Source: Candidatus Oleincola secundus
Lineage (GTDB): Bacteria > Atribacterota > Phoenicimicrobiia > Phoenicimicrobiales > Stramentimicrobiaceae
Reading direction: 5' to 3'
Assembly: GCA_018400815.1 (NCBI GenBank)
Contig: JAGYLS010000003.1
Coordinates: 1 to 53,966 of the forward strand
DNA: 53,966 bases
Shown: piece by piece, positions 30,294 to 40,576 of the stretch
How positions within the stretch are numbered: the first letter of the stretch is position 1
Layout of the letters: every line of letters starts with the position of its first letter
Notes under the pieces: model-generated
Database searches by the model: none
Told to the model about the DNA's origin: nothing
Seen by the model: the letters and a program-made list of their open reading frames with translations, nothing else
Program-made: the position numbers and the translations under genes

Positions 30294-31169
30294 CTATAAT
30301 TCCTTTTTTAATAGGGGATATCCTAATTTCTCTCTTTGTTCAATATAATATTTTGCGCATAGTTTAGCTAGTTCCCTTACCCTTGAGATATAACCAGTTC
30401 TTTCAGTAACACTAATTGCACCCCTTGCTTCTAAGAGATTAAATGTATGAGAACATTTTAAAGCATAATCATATGCAGGTATTGCTAAATTTTTTGAAAT
30501 AAGTTGAATAGATTCTTTCTCAAATATTTTAAATAAAGAAAACAACATATTTACATCAGCTTCTTCAAAATTGTATTTAGACTGTTCGAATTCTACTTGA
30601 TGTTGTATTTCACCATAAGTAATATTTTCACTCCAAAGTAAATTATATATGTTTTCCTTTTGTTGTACTACCATAGCAAGCCTTTCTATTCCGTAAGTTA
30701 TTTCTATGGATACAGGTTTTAAATCAATTCCACCAGCCTGTTGAAAATAAGTAAATTGGGTAATTTCTAAACCATCTACAATAAGTTCCCAGCCTAACCC
30801 CCATGCACCTAATGTTGGAGCTTCCCAGTCACCCTCCATAAACCTAATATCATGTTCTCTTCTATGTATACCAATTTGATCAAGACTTTCTAGATATAAA
30901 TCCTGGATATTTTCCGGAGAAGGTTTTATAATAACTTGAAATTGATAATGCTGTTGAACACGATTGGGATTTTCACCATAGCGACCATCAGATGGTCTCC
31001 TGGAAGGTTCAACATAAGCAGCTTTCCATGGTTCTGGACCAAGAACACGTAGAAAAGTAGCAGGATTCATTGTACCCGCACCAACTTCAGTGTCATAGGA
31101 ATTTAAAATAACACAACCTTTTTCACTCCAGTATTTTTCTAAATTAAAAATAATTTCCTGAATATTCAA
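30294..31169 (-). CDS. glyQ: Glycine--tRNA ligase alpha subunit
   Basis: [38 protein letters not shown]. Confidence 0.98.
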   Translation of the reverse strand: MNIQEIIFNLEKYWSEKGCVILNSYDTEVGAGTMNPATFLRVLGPEPWKAAYVEPSRRPSDGRYGENPNRVQQHYQFQVIIKPSPENIQDLYLESLDQIGIHRREHDIRFMEGDWEAPTLGAWGLGWELIVDGLEITQFTYFQQAGGIDLKPVSIEITYGIERLAMVVQQKENIYNLLWSENITYGEIQHQVEFEQSKYNFEEADVNMLFSLFKIFEKESIQLISKNLAIPAYDYALKCSHTFNLLEARGAISVTERTGYISRVRELAKLCAKYYIEQREKLGYPLLKKEL

Positions 31170-31370
31170 ATAGATAGTCCTTTTCTAATATAAATCTTCT
31201 AATATAAACAAAATCCCTCTCCACCATGTTATGTTATTTAACTATATACAAGTTTCTATTGAGAGGGACTTTTTATCTTTATAAATATAACAAAATCATT
31301 TTATGATGTCAAAAAAAGATTAAGAAAATTAAAATATTAATACATTTATTTTCTATTTATTATAACATTA

Positions 31371-31432
31371 TTTATTTACCCATTACCACCTTCTTTGAAG
31401 AAGGTCGCCCGCTTTGCGGGTGCGGTATTTAC
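31371..31432 (-). repeat. Dispersed element, copy E (minimal ends-only form)
   Basis: TTTATTTACCCATTACCACCTTCT (palindrome arm) fused directly to GCCCGCTTTGCGGGTGCGGTATTTAC (GC hairpin end). Confidence 0.85.
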
Positions 31433-31434
31433 TG

Positions 31435-32208
31435 TTAATTAATTGTTTTTATTCTATCTATAAACTGTTTAGTTTTATTTTCAATTTCAAATTGATAAAA
31501 CATATATCGATCTGTAATTTTTACTAATTCGCATAATTCGGATTGCAAGACTTTTTTATTATGAATCATGGGCAAATCAGCAGCTAATATCCTTTTTAAT
31601 AATCTCAGGCAATAACCAGTTATTTTTATCTGATAGTAATTGTTTTCCATTTGACAGGAATTACAGATTAAACCTCCTTTTTGAATATCAAAAACATAAA
31701 ATTTATTTTCTTTAATATGGCTATTACAATGAACGCATTTATTTAGCTCCGGTTGATATCCTAAAAAAGAAAATAATTTCCATTGAAAGGAAACCAATAA
31801 AAGAGCAGGGTTTTTCTCATCTTTTAACAACATCAATACATTTTTAAATAAGATATAAATATATTCATTAGGGTCTTCATCTTCTGTTATTTTATCAATA
31901 ATTTCCGCGCATTGAATAGCTATTCCATAACTTATTAAATCTTTGGATTGAGGGAAAAAAGAGTTAATAATTTCGGTTTGACTTACAATATTTAAATTTT
32001 TACCCTTGAAAGCCATTATTTTTACCAGTGTTAAGTTTTCCAGGCTACTACCAAATTGGCTTTTTGTTTTTCTAATACCTTTCGCAATTGCTCTTATTTT
32101 TCCATAATCACGACTGAATATAGTTACGATTTTATCAGATTCATTAAGCTTTATACTTTTAAGTACTATTCCGTCAGTTTGAAATAAACGATTCATTGAT
32201 TTAATCAA
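31435..32208 (-). CDS. recO: DNA repair protein RecO
   Basis: GIVLKS..LNESDKIVTIFS..YGKIRAIAKG; CVHC...CNSC zinc site; position before glyQS. Confidence 0.93.
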   Translation of the reverse strand: MIKSMNRLFQTDGIVLKSIKLNESDKIVTIFSRDYGKIRAIAKGIRKTKSQFGSSLENLTLVKIMAFKGKNLNIVSQTEIINSFFPQSKDLISYGIAIQCAEIIDKITEDEDPNEYIYILFKNVLMLLKDEKNPALLLVSFQWKLFSFLGYQPELNKCVHCNSHIKENKFYVFDIQKGGLICNSCQMENNYYQIKITGYCLRLLKRILAADLPMIHNKKVLQSELCELVKITDRYMFYQFEIENKTKQFIDRIKTIN

Positions 32209-32268
32209 AAGCTCCTATTGTTATAACATTAAAATATGGTATTATATTTCTTTTATGCTCTAGTTATT

Positions 32269-32524
32269 AAATATCGCACCCGCATAGCGGGTGGCTTTAA
32301 GGATTTCTAAAAGAGGTTTAGGTTTTTCTTAGACAATTTTTGTCACACTCTTTTTCTTCTTTCGATGTTTTATTTATATTTTAACAATATTTCTAAGCAA
32401 AACAAATATCTATTTTGAGCTTCAGGTGAAAAATTGTCATCTAGCTTATCTTAATATTTTTATGGAAAAACCAGTTTATTTAACCATTACCACCTTCTTA
32501 GAAGGTGGTAATGGTTAAATAAAC
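32269..32524 (+). repeat. Dispersed element, copy F (full length)
   Basis: Twin-hairpin head, core CTTCAGGTGAAAAATTGTCATCTAGCTTATCTTAAT, perfect 51-bp palindrome 32474-32524. Confidence 0.92.
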
Positions 32525-32898
32525 GCATTGGGAAGTAATTTATTTGCCTTTTTTATTTTAATTTCATTTTGCAGGTTTGTCATTATAACATCCATTTCTG
32601 GTGAAAACTCTATCATTACTTGTCTACAGGCACCACAGGGAGTACAAGGTCCTCTAGTGTTACCAACAATTGCAATTGCTTTAAATTTTTGATATCCAGC
32701 AGAAATTGCCTTAAAAATCGCAACTCGTTCAGCACAAATACTTAATCCAAATGAAATATTTTCGATATTACATCCTGTAAATATAGATCCATCATCTGTC
32801 ATTACAGCTGAACCAACTATAAATTTAGAATAAGGAGCATAAGCTTTTAGTCTTGCCTCTTTTGCTTTTTCAATTAATTTACTAAAATATTTTTTCAA
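32515..32898 (-). CDS. cdd: Cytidine deaminase
   Basis: AYAPYSKF, GCNIEN, CAER, PCGACRQ. Confidence 0.96.
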   Translation of the reverse strand: MKKYFSKLIEKAKEARLKAYAPYSKFIVGSAVMTDDGSIFTGCNIENISFGLSICAERVAIFKAISAGYQKFKAIAIVGNTRGPCTPCGACRQVMIEFSPEMDVIMTNLQNEIKIKKANKLLPNAFI

Positions 32899-32917
32899 AA
32901 TTTACCCTTTATAGTTA

Positions 32918-33868
32918 TCATTTAAACCAGACTTCTGAATCTTTTGATAAAAGGTGAATCCAGGCATTTCCATGATTATATGCTATTGGCGAACCTTCTT
33001 CATCCAAGAATAATGTTTCTTTGTCTTTATTTTTTTTAATCCATTTTACAAGTTGGTAAGTACCTCTATTAAATACTTTTGCAATGCCTTCCCCTATTAG
33101 TTCTACGTTAACCCTTCCCTTATCATCACCTTTTATTTTTTCAATAGATGTATATTGAATTATTATATTAGAAACCTTAATCTGTTCACCGCTTTCTTGG
33201 TCAATATGTGGTTTTTGATTAATATAGCGATAATATTTTCCCTGATCATCGTGATATTCATAACTAATCATATAATCTGAATTATATTTAATAGTGATTT
33301 TAGTTATCTGATTACTGTTTTTCAAATCTAATTCTGTAAAATTTAACAAATTATGGGTATACTGAATACCGTTGCCACTGTCACTATATTCCTTTATCTC
33401 TTGGGTTATTTTAGCTGTGCTGGTAAACAAATTAATCCAACCTCCAATTTTTTCATTACGCCAATAAGGAGACGGATGCTGCATCTGATCAATGTCCAAT
33501 ATATTTGGATTTTTTAAACTTTGCCCACCACAATGTGCAAAAACTGCCGACCATTCGGCACAAATTCGAGAAAAATAATAGCGACTGCTTCTAACTGGAC
33601 CCACAATTGTATCGGAATTTTCTAAAAACAAAGCCATTATTCTGGTAAAAGGAAATTCCACTTCTATTTCATAAATAATATCAGCCTTACTTACACCATT
33701 TTGAATAATTCTCTCATCAGGAGAGTTACCAATCATCACTGCAATTGGTTTTTCATTTAAAATATTATCCTTGGAAGAAACAGTTTTATTGGTATATAAA
33801 GTCAATATTATTAATATTATAAAAAGCATCAAAGATATTCTTATGAAATAAGTATTATTACACAACAT
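32918..33868 (-). CDS. DUF3048 (YerB-like) exported protein
   Basis: PIAVMIGN, ADIIYE, TRIMALF, GPVRSSR, AHCGG; N-terminal TM segment. Confidence 0.8.
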   Translation of the reverse strand: MLCNNTYFIRISLMLFIILIILTLYTNKTVSSKDNILNEKPIAVMIGNSPDERIIQNGVSKADIIYEIEVEFPFTRIMALFLENSDTIVGPVRSSRYYFSRICAEWSAVFAHCGGQSLKNPNILDIDQMQHPSPYWRNEKIGGWINLFTSTAKITQEIKEYSDSGNGIQYTHNLLNFTELDLKNSNQITKITIKYNSDYMISYEYHDDQGKYYRYINQKPHIDQESGEQIKVSNIIIQYTSIEKIKGDDKGRVNVELIGEGIAKVFNRGTYQLVKWIKKNKDKETLFLDEEGSPIAYNHGNAWIHLLSKDSEVWFK

Positions 33869-34068
33869 AGCTCTAACTTTTATTTTTATTTTATTTAAAA
33901 ATAATAATTATTCAATTTATTCATTCATAAATAAGTGTATCGCGGAGACATTTTATTAAATGATAAATCTAGTATCCCCGCGATATTTATGTTTTTTAAC
34001 AGCAATATTTGAATTGATTCTTACAATCAATATTTTATAAGAAATTTATAAAAATAAATCTTAAAAGA

Positions 34069-36069
34069 CTAAGTCATTACTTTATTTGCTTGATCTTTAT
34101 TTTGTCTTGTTTTCTGCATAAACAAAACGGCAATCAAAAGAATTACACCGGGTATGTCTGTAATGATATTTGGTGTTAATAACAAAAAAGCACTAATTAT
34201 TAACAAAATTCGTTCAATAGGTTTTGTTAAGGTCAATAAATAACCCCCCGCTGCAGATCCTAAAGCCAATACTCCAGCCAGAGATGTCAAGATTAATACA
34301 AAAGTATGGAACCAGGAACCGGTTAAACCCAATAAGCCGGGATCGAGAGCAAATATATAGGGAATCATAAATCCACCTACAGCTAATCGTAGTGCATTTA
34401 ACCCAGTTTTCATGGTATTACCACCTGCTATCCCGGCACCGGCATAGGCTGCAACTGCTACAGGAGGTGTTACATCTGCAATAACCCCAAAGTAGAGTAT
34501 AAATAAGTGTGCTGCCAGAGGAAGAACACCAAGCTGCACCAAAGCAGGAGCAGCCATAATTGACAGTATAATATATTTAGCAGTAGTTGGTAGACCCATC
34601 CCCAATAAAATAGAAGCAATCATTGTAAAAAATAAAGTAAATAATAAATTTCCGCCACCTAAAGCTACCAGACCACTGGCAATTTTTAAACCCAATCCTG
34701 TTAAAGTGACTACTCCTACAACTATACCAGCAGAGGCACAGGCTGCGGCAACACCCAATGCACCTCTGGCTCCATCTTCGAATGCCGCAAATAGATCCTT
34801 AACATTGAGTCGAGTATTTGCTTTTATCATACTAATAGCTATACTCATAACAATAGCCCAAAATGCTGCAAATAACGGTGTATAACTTCTTACCAATAAA
34901 TATACTAATCCAATAATTGGTATAATAAGGTGTCCTTTTTCTTTTAACACTTCTTTTGCTCTGGGTAATTTCTCTTTTGGTAAACCCTTAAGTCCATATT
35001 TACAGGCCTCTAAATGTACCATGGTCATTACGGCAATATAGTAAATAACAGCAGGTATCACTGCTGCAGCGGCAATTTTAATATATGGAATTTCCAAAAA
35101 CTCTGACATAACAAAGGCAGCTGCACCCATAACAGGTGGAAGGATTTGACCACCTGTAGAAGCAGCTGCTTCTACAGCACCGGCAAAATCTTTTTTATAG
35201 CCGATACTCTTCATTAAGGGAATAGTAAAACTACCAGTTGTTACGGTGTTGGCAACAGAACTACCGTTAATCGAACCCATGAATCCACTGGCAATAACAG
35301 CAACCTTTGCCGGACCACCGGTGGTATGGCCAGCTAGAGCCATCGACATATCAATAAAAAATTTACCCATACCCGTTTTATTTAAAACGGCTCCAAATAA
35401 AATAAACAAAAATACGAAAGAAGATGAAACACCAAGTGGAATTCCAAAAATACCTTCCGTACCCATATATAAATGTTCAATAATTCTTTCCAAAGAATAA
35501 CCTCGATGGGCAAAAAAACCAGGCATATAGGGACCAAAATAAGAGTAAATTAAAAAAACAGCTACAACAATCGGCAATTCTGGCCCAATTGCTCTCCTTG
35601 TAGCTTCTAAGACTAATAAAATACAAATACCTCCCAAAATAATATCCATATTTGTTGGTAATCCGGAACGTAAAACAAGTTCATTGTAATTTACAATAAG
35701 ATATAGTGAAACAACAGCACCAAGTACAGCTAATATAAAATCATAGGCCGGAACTTTAGTTTTATCACTGCCAATCCCCTTTTTGGTAGTAGGGTAAAGA
35801 AGGAAAACCAATGTCAGGGTAAAAGCTAGATGTAATGCCCTCTGCTTTAAAGCCAGCCATAAACCAAAACCACCGGTGTAAAAATGAAAGATGGACATGC
35901 TAATGGCAATTATGGAAATAATGATGGCAATTATACCTAATGGTCTTCTAACATTTGATTCAGTATCGTATTGTTCTAATAATTTTTGAACATCGATTTT
36001 TCCTTCTTCTTTGGCTTGTTCTTGAAGGCTTTCTACGGGTTTTTTATCTTTTTCTTGATTATTTTCCAA
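34069..36069 (-). CDS. TAXI-type TRAP transporter fused 4TM/12TM permease
   Basis: GGPAKVAV, EAAASTGGQILPPVMGAAAF, LGMGLPT, TPPVA; likely TTG start at 36069 after AGGAGG. Confidence 0.93.
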   Translation of the reverse strand: MENNQEKDKKPVESLQEQAKEEGKIDVQKLLEQYDTESNVRRPLGIIAIIISIIAISMSIFHFYTGGFGLWLALKQRALHLAFTLTLVFLLYPTTKKGIGSDKTKVPAYDFILAVLGAVVSLYLIVNYNELVLRSGLPTNMDIILGGICILLVLEATRRAIGPELPIVVAVFLIYSYFGPYMPGFFAHRGYSLERIIEHLYMGTEGIFGIPLGVSSSFVFLFILFGAVLNKTGMGKFFIDMSMALAGHTTGGPAKVAVIASGFMGSINGSSVANTVTTGSFTIPLMKSIGYKKDFAGAVEAAASTGGQILPPVMGAAAFVMSEFLEIPYIKIAAAAVIPAVIYYIAVMTMVHLEACKYGLKGLPKEKLPRAKEVLKEKGHLIIPIIGLVYLLVRSYTPLFAAFWAIVMSIAISMIKANTRLNVKDLFAAFEDGARGALGVAAACASAGIVVGVVTLTGLGLKIASGLVALGGGNLLFTLFFTMIASILLGMGLPTTAKYIILSIMAAPALVQLGVLPLAAHLFILYFGVIADVTPPVAVAAYAGAGIAGGNTMKTGLNALRLAVGGFMIPYIFALDPGLLGLTGSWFHTFVLILTSLAGVLALGSAAGGYLLTLTKPIERILLIISAFLLLTPNIITDIPGVILLIAVLFMQKTRQNKDQANKVMT

Positions 36070-36088
36070 AATATTATCCCTCCTATTC

Positions 36089-36607
36089 CTAAACAAAATA
36101 TTTATTAAAAAAATAGCCAAATAAATTTAACTGAACAACATTAATTGTTATTACAGTATCGCCTAATATTTCCGATAAATTGATATTATTATTTTTATAA
36201 ATAAAATGGTTTTCTCTTATCTTACCAATGCGATAATACAAAGGCAATGATATTTTCCTGTACATATTTTTAATCTTAAACTTACCATCTTGATTTACAA
36301 AGAACTCATTTTCAAAAGCAGTATAAGGCAAACCCGCTCCATGATCAAGAAAATGAGTCTCTACAAGAATCAATTCTCCATTTTTATTAATTTCAAAGAA
36401 TTCCCAGACCGGTGTCCGAGCAACCGAATGGGTATATTTTAAGGCAAATATTTCTCCCGGAGTTACTATATCTTGAAAAATAACTTCACCATCCGGATAA
36501 TCCTGAATATTAAGTAATTGAAGGGAAAAGAAATTTAAAAATAAAAACATTAAAACTATGATAAAAAATATTAATAAAAGAGTGGTATTTTTTTTCTTCA
36601 TTTTCAT
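36089..36607 (-). CDS. DUF1850 domain protein
   Basis: YTHSVARTPVWE and GAGLP motifs; typical position in TAXI-TRAP operons. Confidence 0.85.
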   Translation of the reverse strand: MKMKKKNTTLLLIFFIIVLMFLFLNFFSLQLLNIQDYPDGEVIFQDIVTPGEIFALKYTHSVARTPVWEFFEINKNGELILVETHFLDHGAGLPYTAFENEFFVNQDGKFKIKNMYRKISLPLYYRIGKIRENHFIYKNNNINLSEILGDTVITINVVQLNLFGYFFNKYFV

Positions 36608-36645
36608 TAAAGAATATCTTTAGATTATTATGTATTTATTCATTT

Positions 36646-36695
36646 CGAATAAAATAAACCAGAGTACTTTATAGTACCCTGGTTTATTTTATTCG
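36646..36695 (-). terminator. Intra-operon stem-loop after the solute-binding protein gene
   Basis: CGAATAAAATAAACCAG.GTACT / AGTAC.CTGGTTTATTTTATTCG inverted repeat. Confidence 0.7.
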
Positions 36696-36704
36696 CTTAA
36701 ATTG

Positions 36705-37661
36705 CTAGTCTACAAGCCCAACTTCTTTATAGTATAGCTCTGCACCGGCATGTAGTGGAATACCAATACCGTCAAGTGCAGTCTCTAGAGTGATGTCTTT
36801 ACCTTTAGCATGTGTCTGTGCCAATATATCTGTATGTTCCCATAAAGCTTTGGTCATTTTATAGACTAGTGTGGGATCTAATTGAGAATCACAGATCCAA
36901 AGTGCTGGGGTAGCCAGCGCTCTTACAGGTTCTTCCATACCCGTATACATACCGGCTGGAATTTCGGTAATACCATAGTAGGGAATCTCCTCAACTAGTT
37001 TTTCGGCAACTTCCAAATCTACCGGAATTAAAACAATATCTCTAACAGTAGCTATATTAATAACACTGGAAGTGGGATATCCAGCAGTAGTAAACCCAGC
37101 ATCAATCTGACCGTCAATTAAGCGGTCTGCCACTTCATTGAAATCGATATAATCTACATTCATATCATCAAAGGAAACTCCGTGGGCTTCAACAATAATT
37201 TCCGCATCGGCAGCGGTTCCGCTATTAGGAGCACCGACGCCAACGCTTTTGCCTTTTAAATCAGCAATAGTTTTAATTCCGGATTCCTTGGTAGCAAGAA
37301 TATGAATGGTTTCCGGATAGAGAGAGGCAATTCCTCTTAGATTTTCAATAGGTTCAGTGTCAGCTAAAAGGCCTGTAGCACTATAAGCCCAGTAAGTAGT
37401 ATTAGCTTGGGAAAAACCTGTTTCAATCTGATGACGACCGATCAAATTACAGTTGGCAATTGAAGCATTTCCGGTTTGTGCCGTAACAATCAAATTTTCT
37501 ATCTGATTAGAAAGCAACTGTGCTAATGCACCGCCAAGCGGATAATATGTACCACCGGTCCCACCAGTTGCGATGGCTAGAAATTCCTTTTGCGCAGAAC
37601 CACTTAAACTAAATGTTAAAATCAAAGTACCAATGATTAAAATAATGAAAAGTTTTCTCAT
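36705..37661 (-). CDS. TAXI family TRAP solute-binding protein
   Basis: Signal peptide, IATGGTGGTYY, LYPETIH, GAPNSGT, IPLHAGA. Confidence 0.95.
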   Translation of the reverse strand: MRKLFIILIIGTLILTFSLSGSAQKEFLAIATGGTGGTYYPLGGALAQLLSNQIENLIVTAQTGNASIANCNLIGRHQIETGFSQANTTYWAYSATGLLADTEPIENLRGIASLYPETIHILATKESGIKTIADLKGKSVGVGAPNSGTAADAEIIVEAHGVSFDDMNVDYIDFNEVADRLIDGQIDAGFTTAGYPTSSVINIATVRDIVLIPVDLEVAEKLVEEIPYYGITEIPAGMYTGMEEPVRALATPALWICDSQLDPTLVYKMTKALWEHTDILAQTHAKGKDITLETALDGIGIPLHAGAELYYKEVGLVD

Positions 37662-37969
37662 AAAATAACCTCCTTAAAAATTTACTTATTGTTTACTTCA
37701 TAAAATATCTAAATATTTCTTTTTTATCACACCCTTTCTCATAGTGAAAAATCCTACTCTATAATTTTATTAGGTATTTATATATTATATTATGCAACAT
37801 TTAGAAAAAAATATCAATTTTTTTGCAAGTAATTACTTAGAAAGCACCTACTAAAATTTTACACTATCACAAATAACACAGAGAAATCATTATGTTTAAA
37901 AAAAATAGTATTAGTAAAAAATTTAATATATTAAATTATCTATCATTAATAATGATATAATTTTTCTTA

Positions 37970-38427
37970 TTATATAAGTTCTTTATTGACAATCTTCAAT
38001 ATTTTTTCCTCTTCAGCTTTCATCTTTTCAGAATCTTCTGTGCTAATATGATCAAACTCCAAGAGATGCAATAAACCATGAATAAGCAAAACAGTCAGTT
38101 CTTGTTCTAAGGAATGACCTAAAAGTTTAGCTTGTTTTATTGCTGTCTCTATAGAAATTATAATGTCACCTAATAAATATTCATCAATCCCTTCAGGTAA
38201 AGAAGAACCATTGGAGCCTTCTGACATACTGAAAGCCAATACATCTGTAGGGGAATCAATATTCGAAATATTTTGTTTAAATTCTGTATTTCCTTGTCAT
38301 TAGTTAGCAATAGGCTTACTTCACTGCCTTTTTTTAGCTCCATTGATTTCATTGCTATTATTAGTATTTTTTTCATTTTCTGAAGATTGATTGACTGTTT
38401 CTGATGATTTTTTATTTGTACTTTCAA
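37970..38427 (-). CDS. ybeY: rRNA maturation endoribonuclease YbeY, frameshifted near 38262
   Basis: EIQNLNKIFR | IDSPTDVLAF...LGDIIIS...LLIHGLLHLLEFDH. Confidence 0.9.
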
Positions 38428-40576
38428 CCTGAGAGCGCTCCTTCTTCAATTTATTGATTAATTCTTCATCCGGATATTCCACTCGATTATGGAACATACC
38501 GGTAAATATTCTGGAAAAAATATCCTTGATCTTAGTTAAATCTCTCAAAGTAAGATTACACTCATCCAATTGCCCATTTTCTAAAGACCTGTTAATAACA
38601 TTTTGAGTAAGATTTTTAATTCTACTAGATGTAGGGCTATTAAGGGTTCTGGCTTCTGCCTCAAGAATATCAGCTAAATGAATAATTCCGGCTTCTTTGC
38701 TTTTTGGTTTAGGCCCGGAATAACGATAATTTTCTTCGTTAATCCCAGTGGATTTGGGGTCAGTAGATTGTAATGCTCGATGGAAGAAATAACTTATTAA
38801 TCCTGTACCATGATGTTGATTAATAATATCAATAATAGCCTTTGGTAACCTATATTTTTTTGCCATATCAACACCATCTTTAACATGAGAAGCGATAACT
38901 AATGCACTCAAGCTGGGTTCCATATCATCATGGGTATTTTTATATGCTTCCTGGTTTTCAGCAAAAAAGTATGGCCTCTTTAGCTTTCCTATATCATGAT
39001 AATAAGCCCCTACACGTGTTAACAAGGCATTGGCACCTATTTCCTCAGCAGCAGATTCAGCAAGATTACCAACCACAACACTATGATGATAAGTGCCTGG
39101 AGCTTCAACCAACAACTGCTTTAAGAGAGGTTGGTTGGGATTTGACAATTCCATTAGTTTGAATGAAGAAGTTATGTCGAAGAAGCTTTCCAGAAATGGG
39201 AGTATACCAATAGTTAGTATTGCTGATGCAAATCCATTCAATACACCCCACATACAGTTTTCTAATATAATCTGAGAAGAACTCCTATGCATCATACCCA
39301 AGGCTAATATTGAAAATATATTAGAAAGTGCAATTAATAATCCAGCCCTGGTTAAACTCGAACGTTGAGTTGCTTTTCGAATACTAAAAACAGAAACAAG
39401 TCCTCCAGCCAGTGCAACAATCATATAATTTATTTCACCTAGAAATATGAAACCAATATTAAAGCTAATAATAAAAGTCATCCACAAGGCAAGTCTTGAA
39501 TCAATAGTTATAGCTATCAACATCGAGGCAAAAGCCACTGGTATAAGATAACCGGATATTTCTCCTGTAATTTTAGCAACAAACATCATGGCAATATATA
39601 TTATACTTAACAATATTAATTTGTTGGTATCATCAAATATATTTTTGTGGAATGTATAGATATACAGTCCTATCAATAAAATAAACAGAGAAATTATGAA
39701 AAACAAGCCAAGCATATTCTGAAAATGCAAGATAGGATTTTGCAACCCCAATGCTTTCATTTTTTCAATATGCTCAGGATTAACTATCTCCCCCTTTCTA
39801 ACAATTATTTGGTCTTTGCGAATAACATTTTTTACATCTCTGACTGCTTCTATCGAATCCTGCCTTTTCTTTTCTGTTGCTCCTATATCCAAAAATAGAC
39901 TTGGTTTAATAAAATTTTCACCTATCTCGCTGGAAATAATAGCATTGTATGGGTTCGTTGATCTTTCACTAATTTCCCTAATAATTTGTTTTTTTGCTTC
40001 TTCAATATCATCTTCTTTGATTCCTTGCTCCATAATTTTTCTTATAGATAAATATACATTTTGTTCAATTTCCTCTAATGAAGATTGATCTATTTTTATT
40101 AAATTTAATATAGAATCATCTTCTATTTCCATAGAATATTTTTCATTTATTTTACTCAAATTATTATCAATAAATTCATTGTTTAATACTTCATTATTTT
40201 GAATTCTCTGTTCCTCTAAATGAGTGTTATATTCATCTCTTAATTTTCTTACATCCAAAAAGAAATTACCAATATCATTTTCAACACTTTCAATACTAGC
40301 CAAATTAAGGTTGTAAACTTCACGAATTGATTTTGATGCATCTTCTTTCAATTTTTCCGTAGCTTTTTCATCAATAAATTCTATAGTTTCCGGGGCAACA
40401 ATGTCTCTTGTAGCTACTTCCCCCTCTTTTAGGATAATTTTTCCTGGTATAAAATTAATTGATAATATAAAAGTAATAGATAATACTAAAATAAATAGAA
40501 TTAATAACCTTTTTAAATTGTTCTTCAGAAATATTATAACTTTATTTTTAGTAAATTTATCTTTTTTCATTTTCAC
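38321..40576 (-). CDS. 7TM-HD phosphohydrolase (PgpH-like cyclic-di-AMP phosphodiesterase)
   Basis: Extracellular domain, multiple TMs, APGTYHHS, YYHDIGK, QHHGT; phoH-HD-ybeY context. Confidence 0.88.
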   Translation of the reverse strand: MKMKKDKFTKNKVIIFLKNNLKRLLILFILVLSITFILSINFIPGKIILKEGEVATRDIVAPETIEFIDEKATEKLKEDASKSIREVYNLNLASIESVENDIGNFFLDVRKLRDEYNTHLEEQRIQNNEVLNNEFIDNNLSKINEKYSMEIEDDSILNLIKIDQSSLEEIEQNVYLSIRKIMEQGIKEDDIEEAKKQIIREISERSTNPYNAIISSEIGENFIKPSLFLDIGATEKKRQDSIEAVRDVKNVIRKDQIIVRKGEIVNPEHIEKMKALGLQNPILHFQNMLGLFFIISLFILLIGLYIYTFHKNIFDDTNKLILLSIIYIAMMFVAKITGEISGYLIPVAFASMLIAITIDSRLALWMTFIISFNIGFIFLGEINYMIVALAGGLVSVFSIRKATQRSSLTRAGLLIALSNIFSILALGMMHRSSSQIILENCMWGVLNGFASAILTIGILPFLESFFDITSSFKLMELSNPNQPLLKQLLVEAPGTYHHSVVVGNLAESAAEEIGANALLTRVGAYYHDIGKLKRPYFFAENQEAYKNTHDDMEPSLSALVIASHVKDGVDMAKKYRLPKAIIDIINQHHGTGLISYFFHRALQSTDPKSTGINEENYRYSGPKPKSKEAGIIHLADILEAEARTLNSPTSSRIKNLTQNVINRSLENGQLDECNLTLRDLTKIKDIFSRIFTGMFHNRVEYPDEELINKLKKERSQVESTNKKSSETVNQSSENEKNTNNSNEINGAKKRQ

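Noticed and set aside
31170..31370. T-box leader upstream of glyQ
   Set aside because: Only an inverted repeat (AAAATCCCTCTC / GAGAGGGACTTT, ~31210-31272) is visible; no convincing T-box GGTGGNACC antiterminator or specifier stem.
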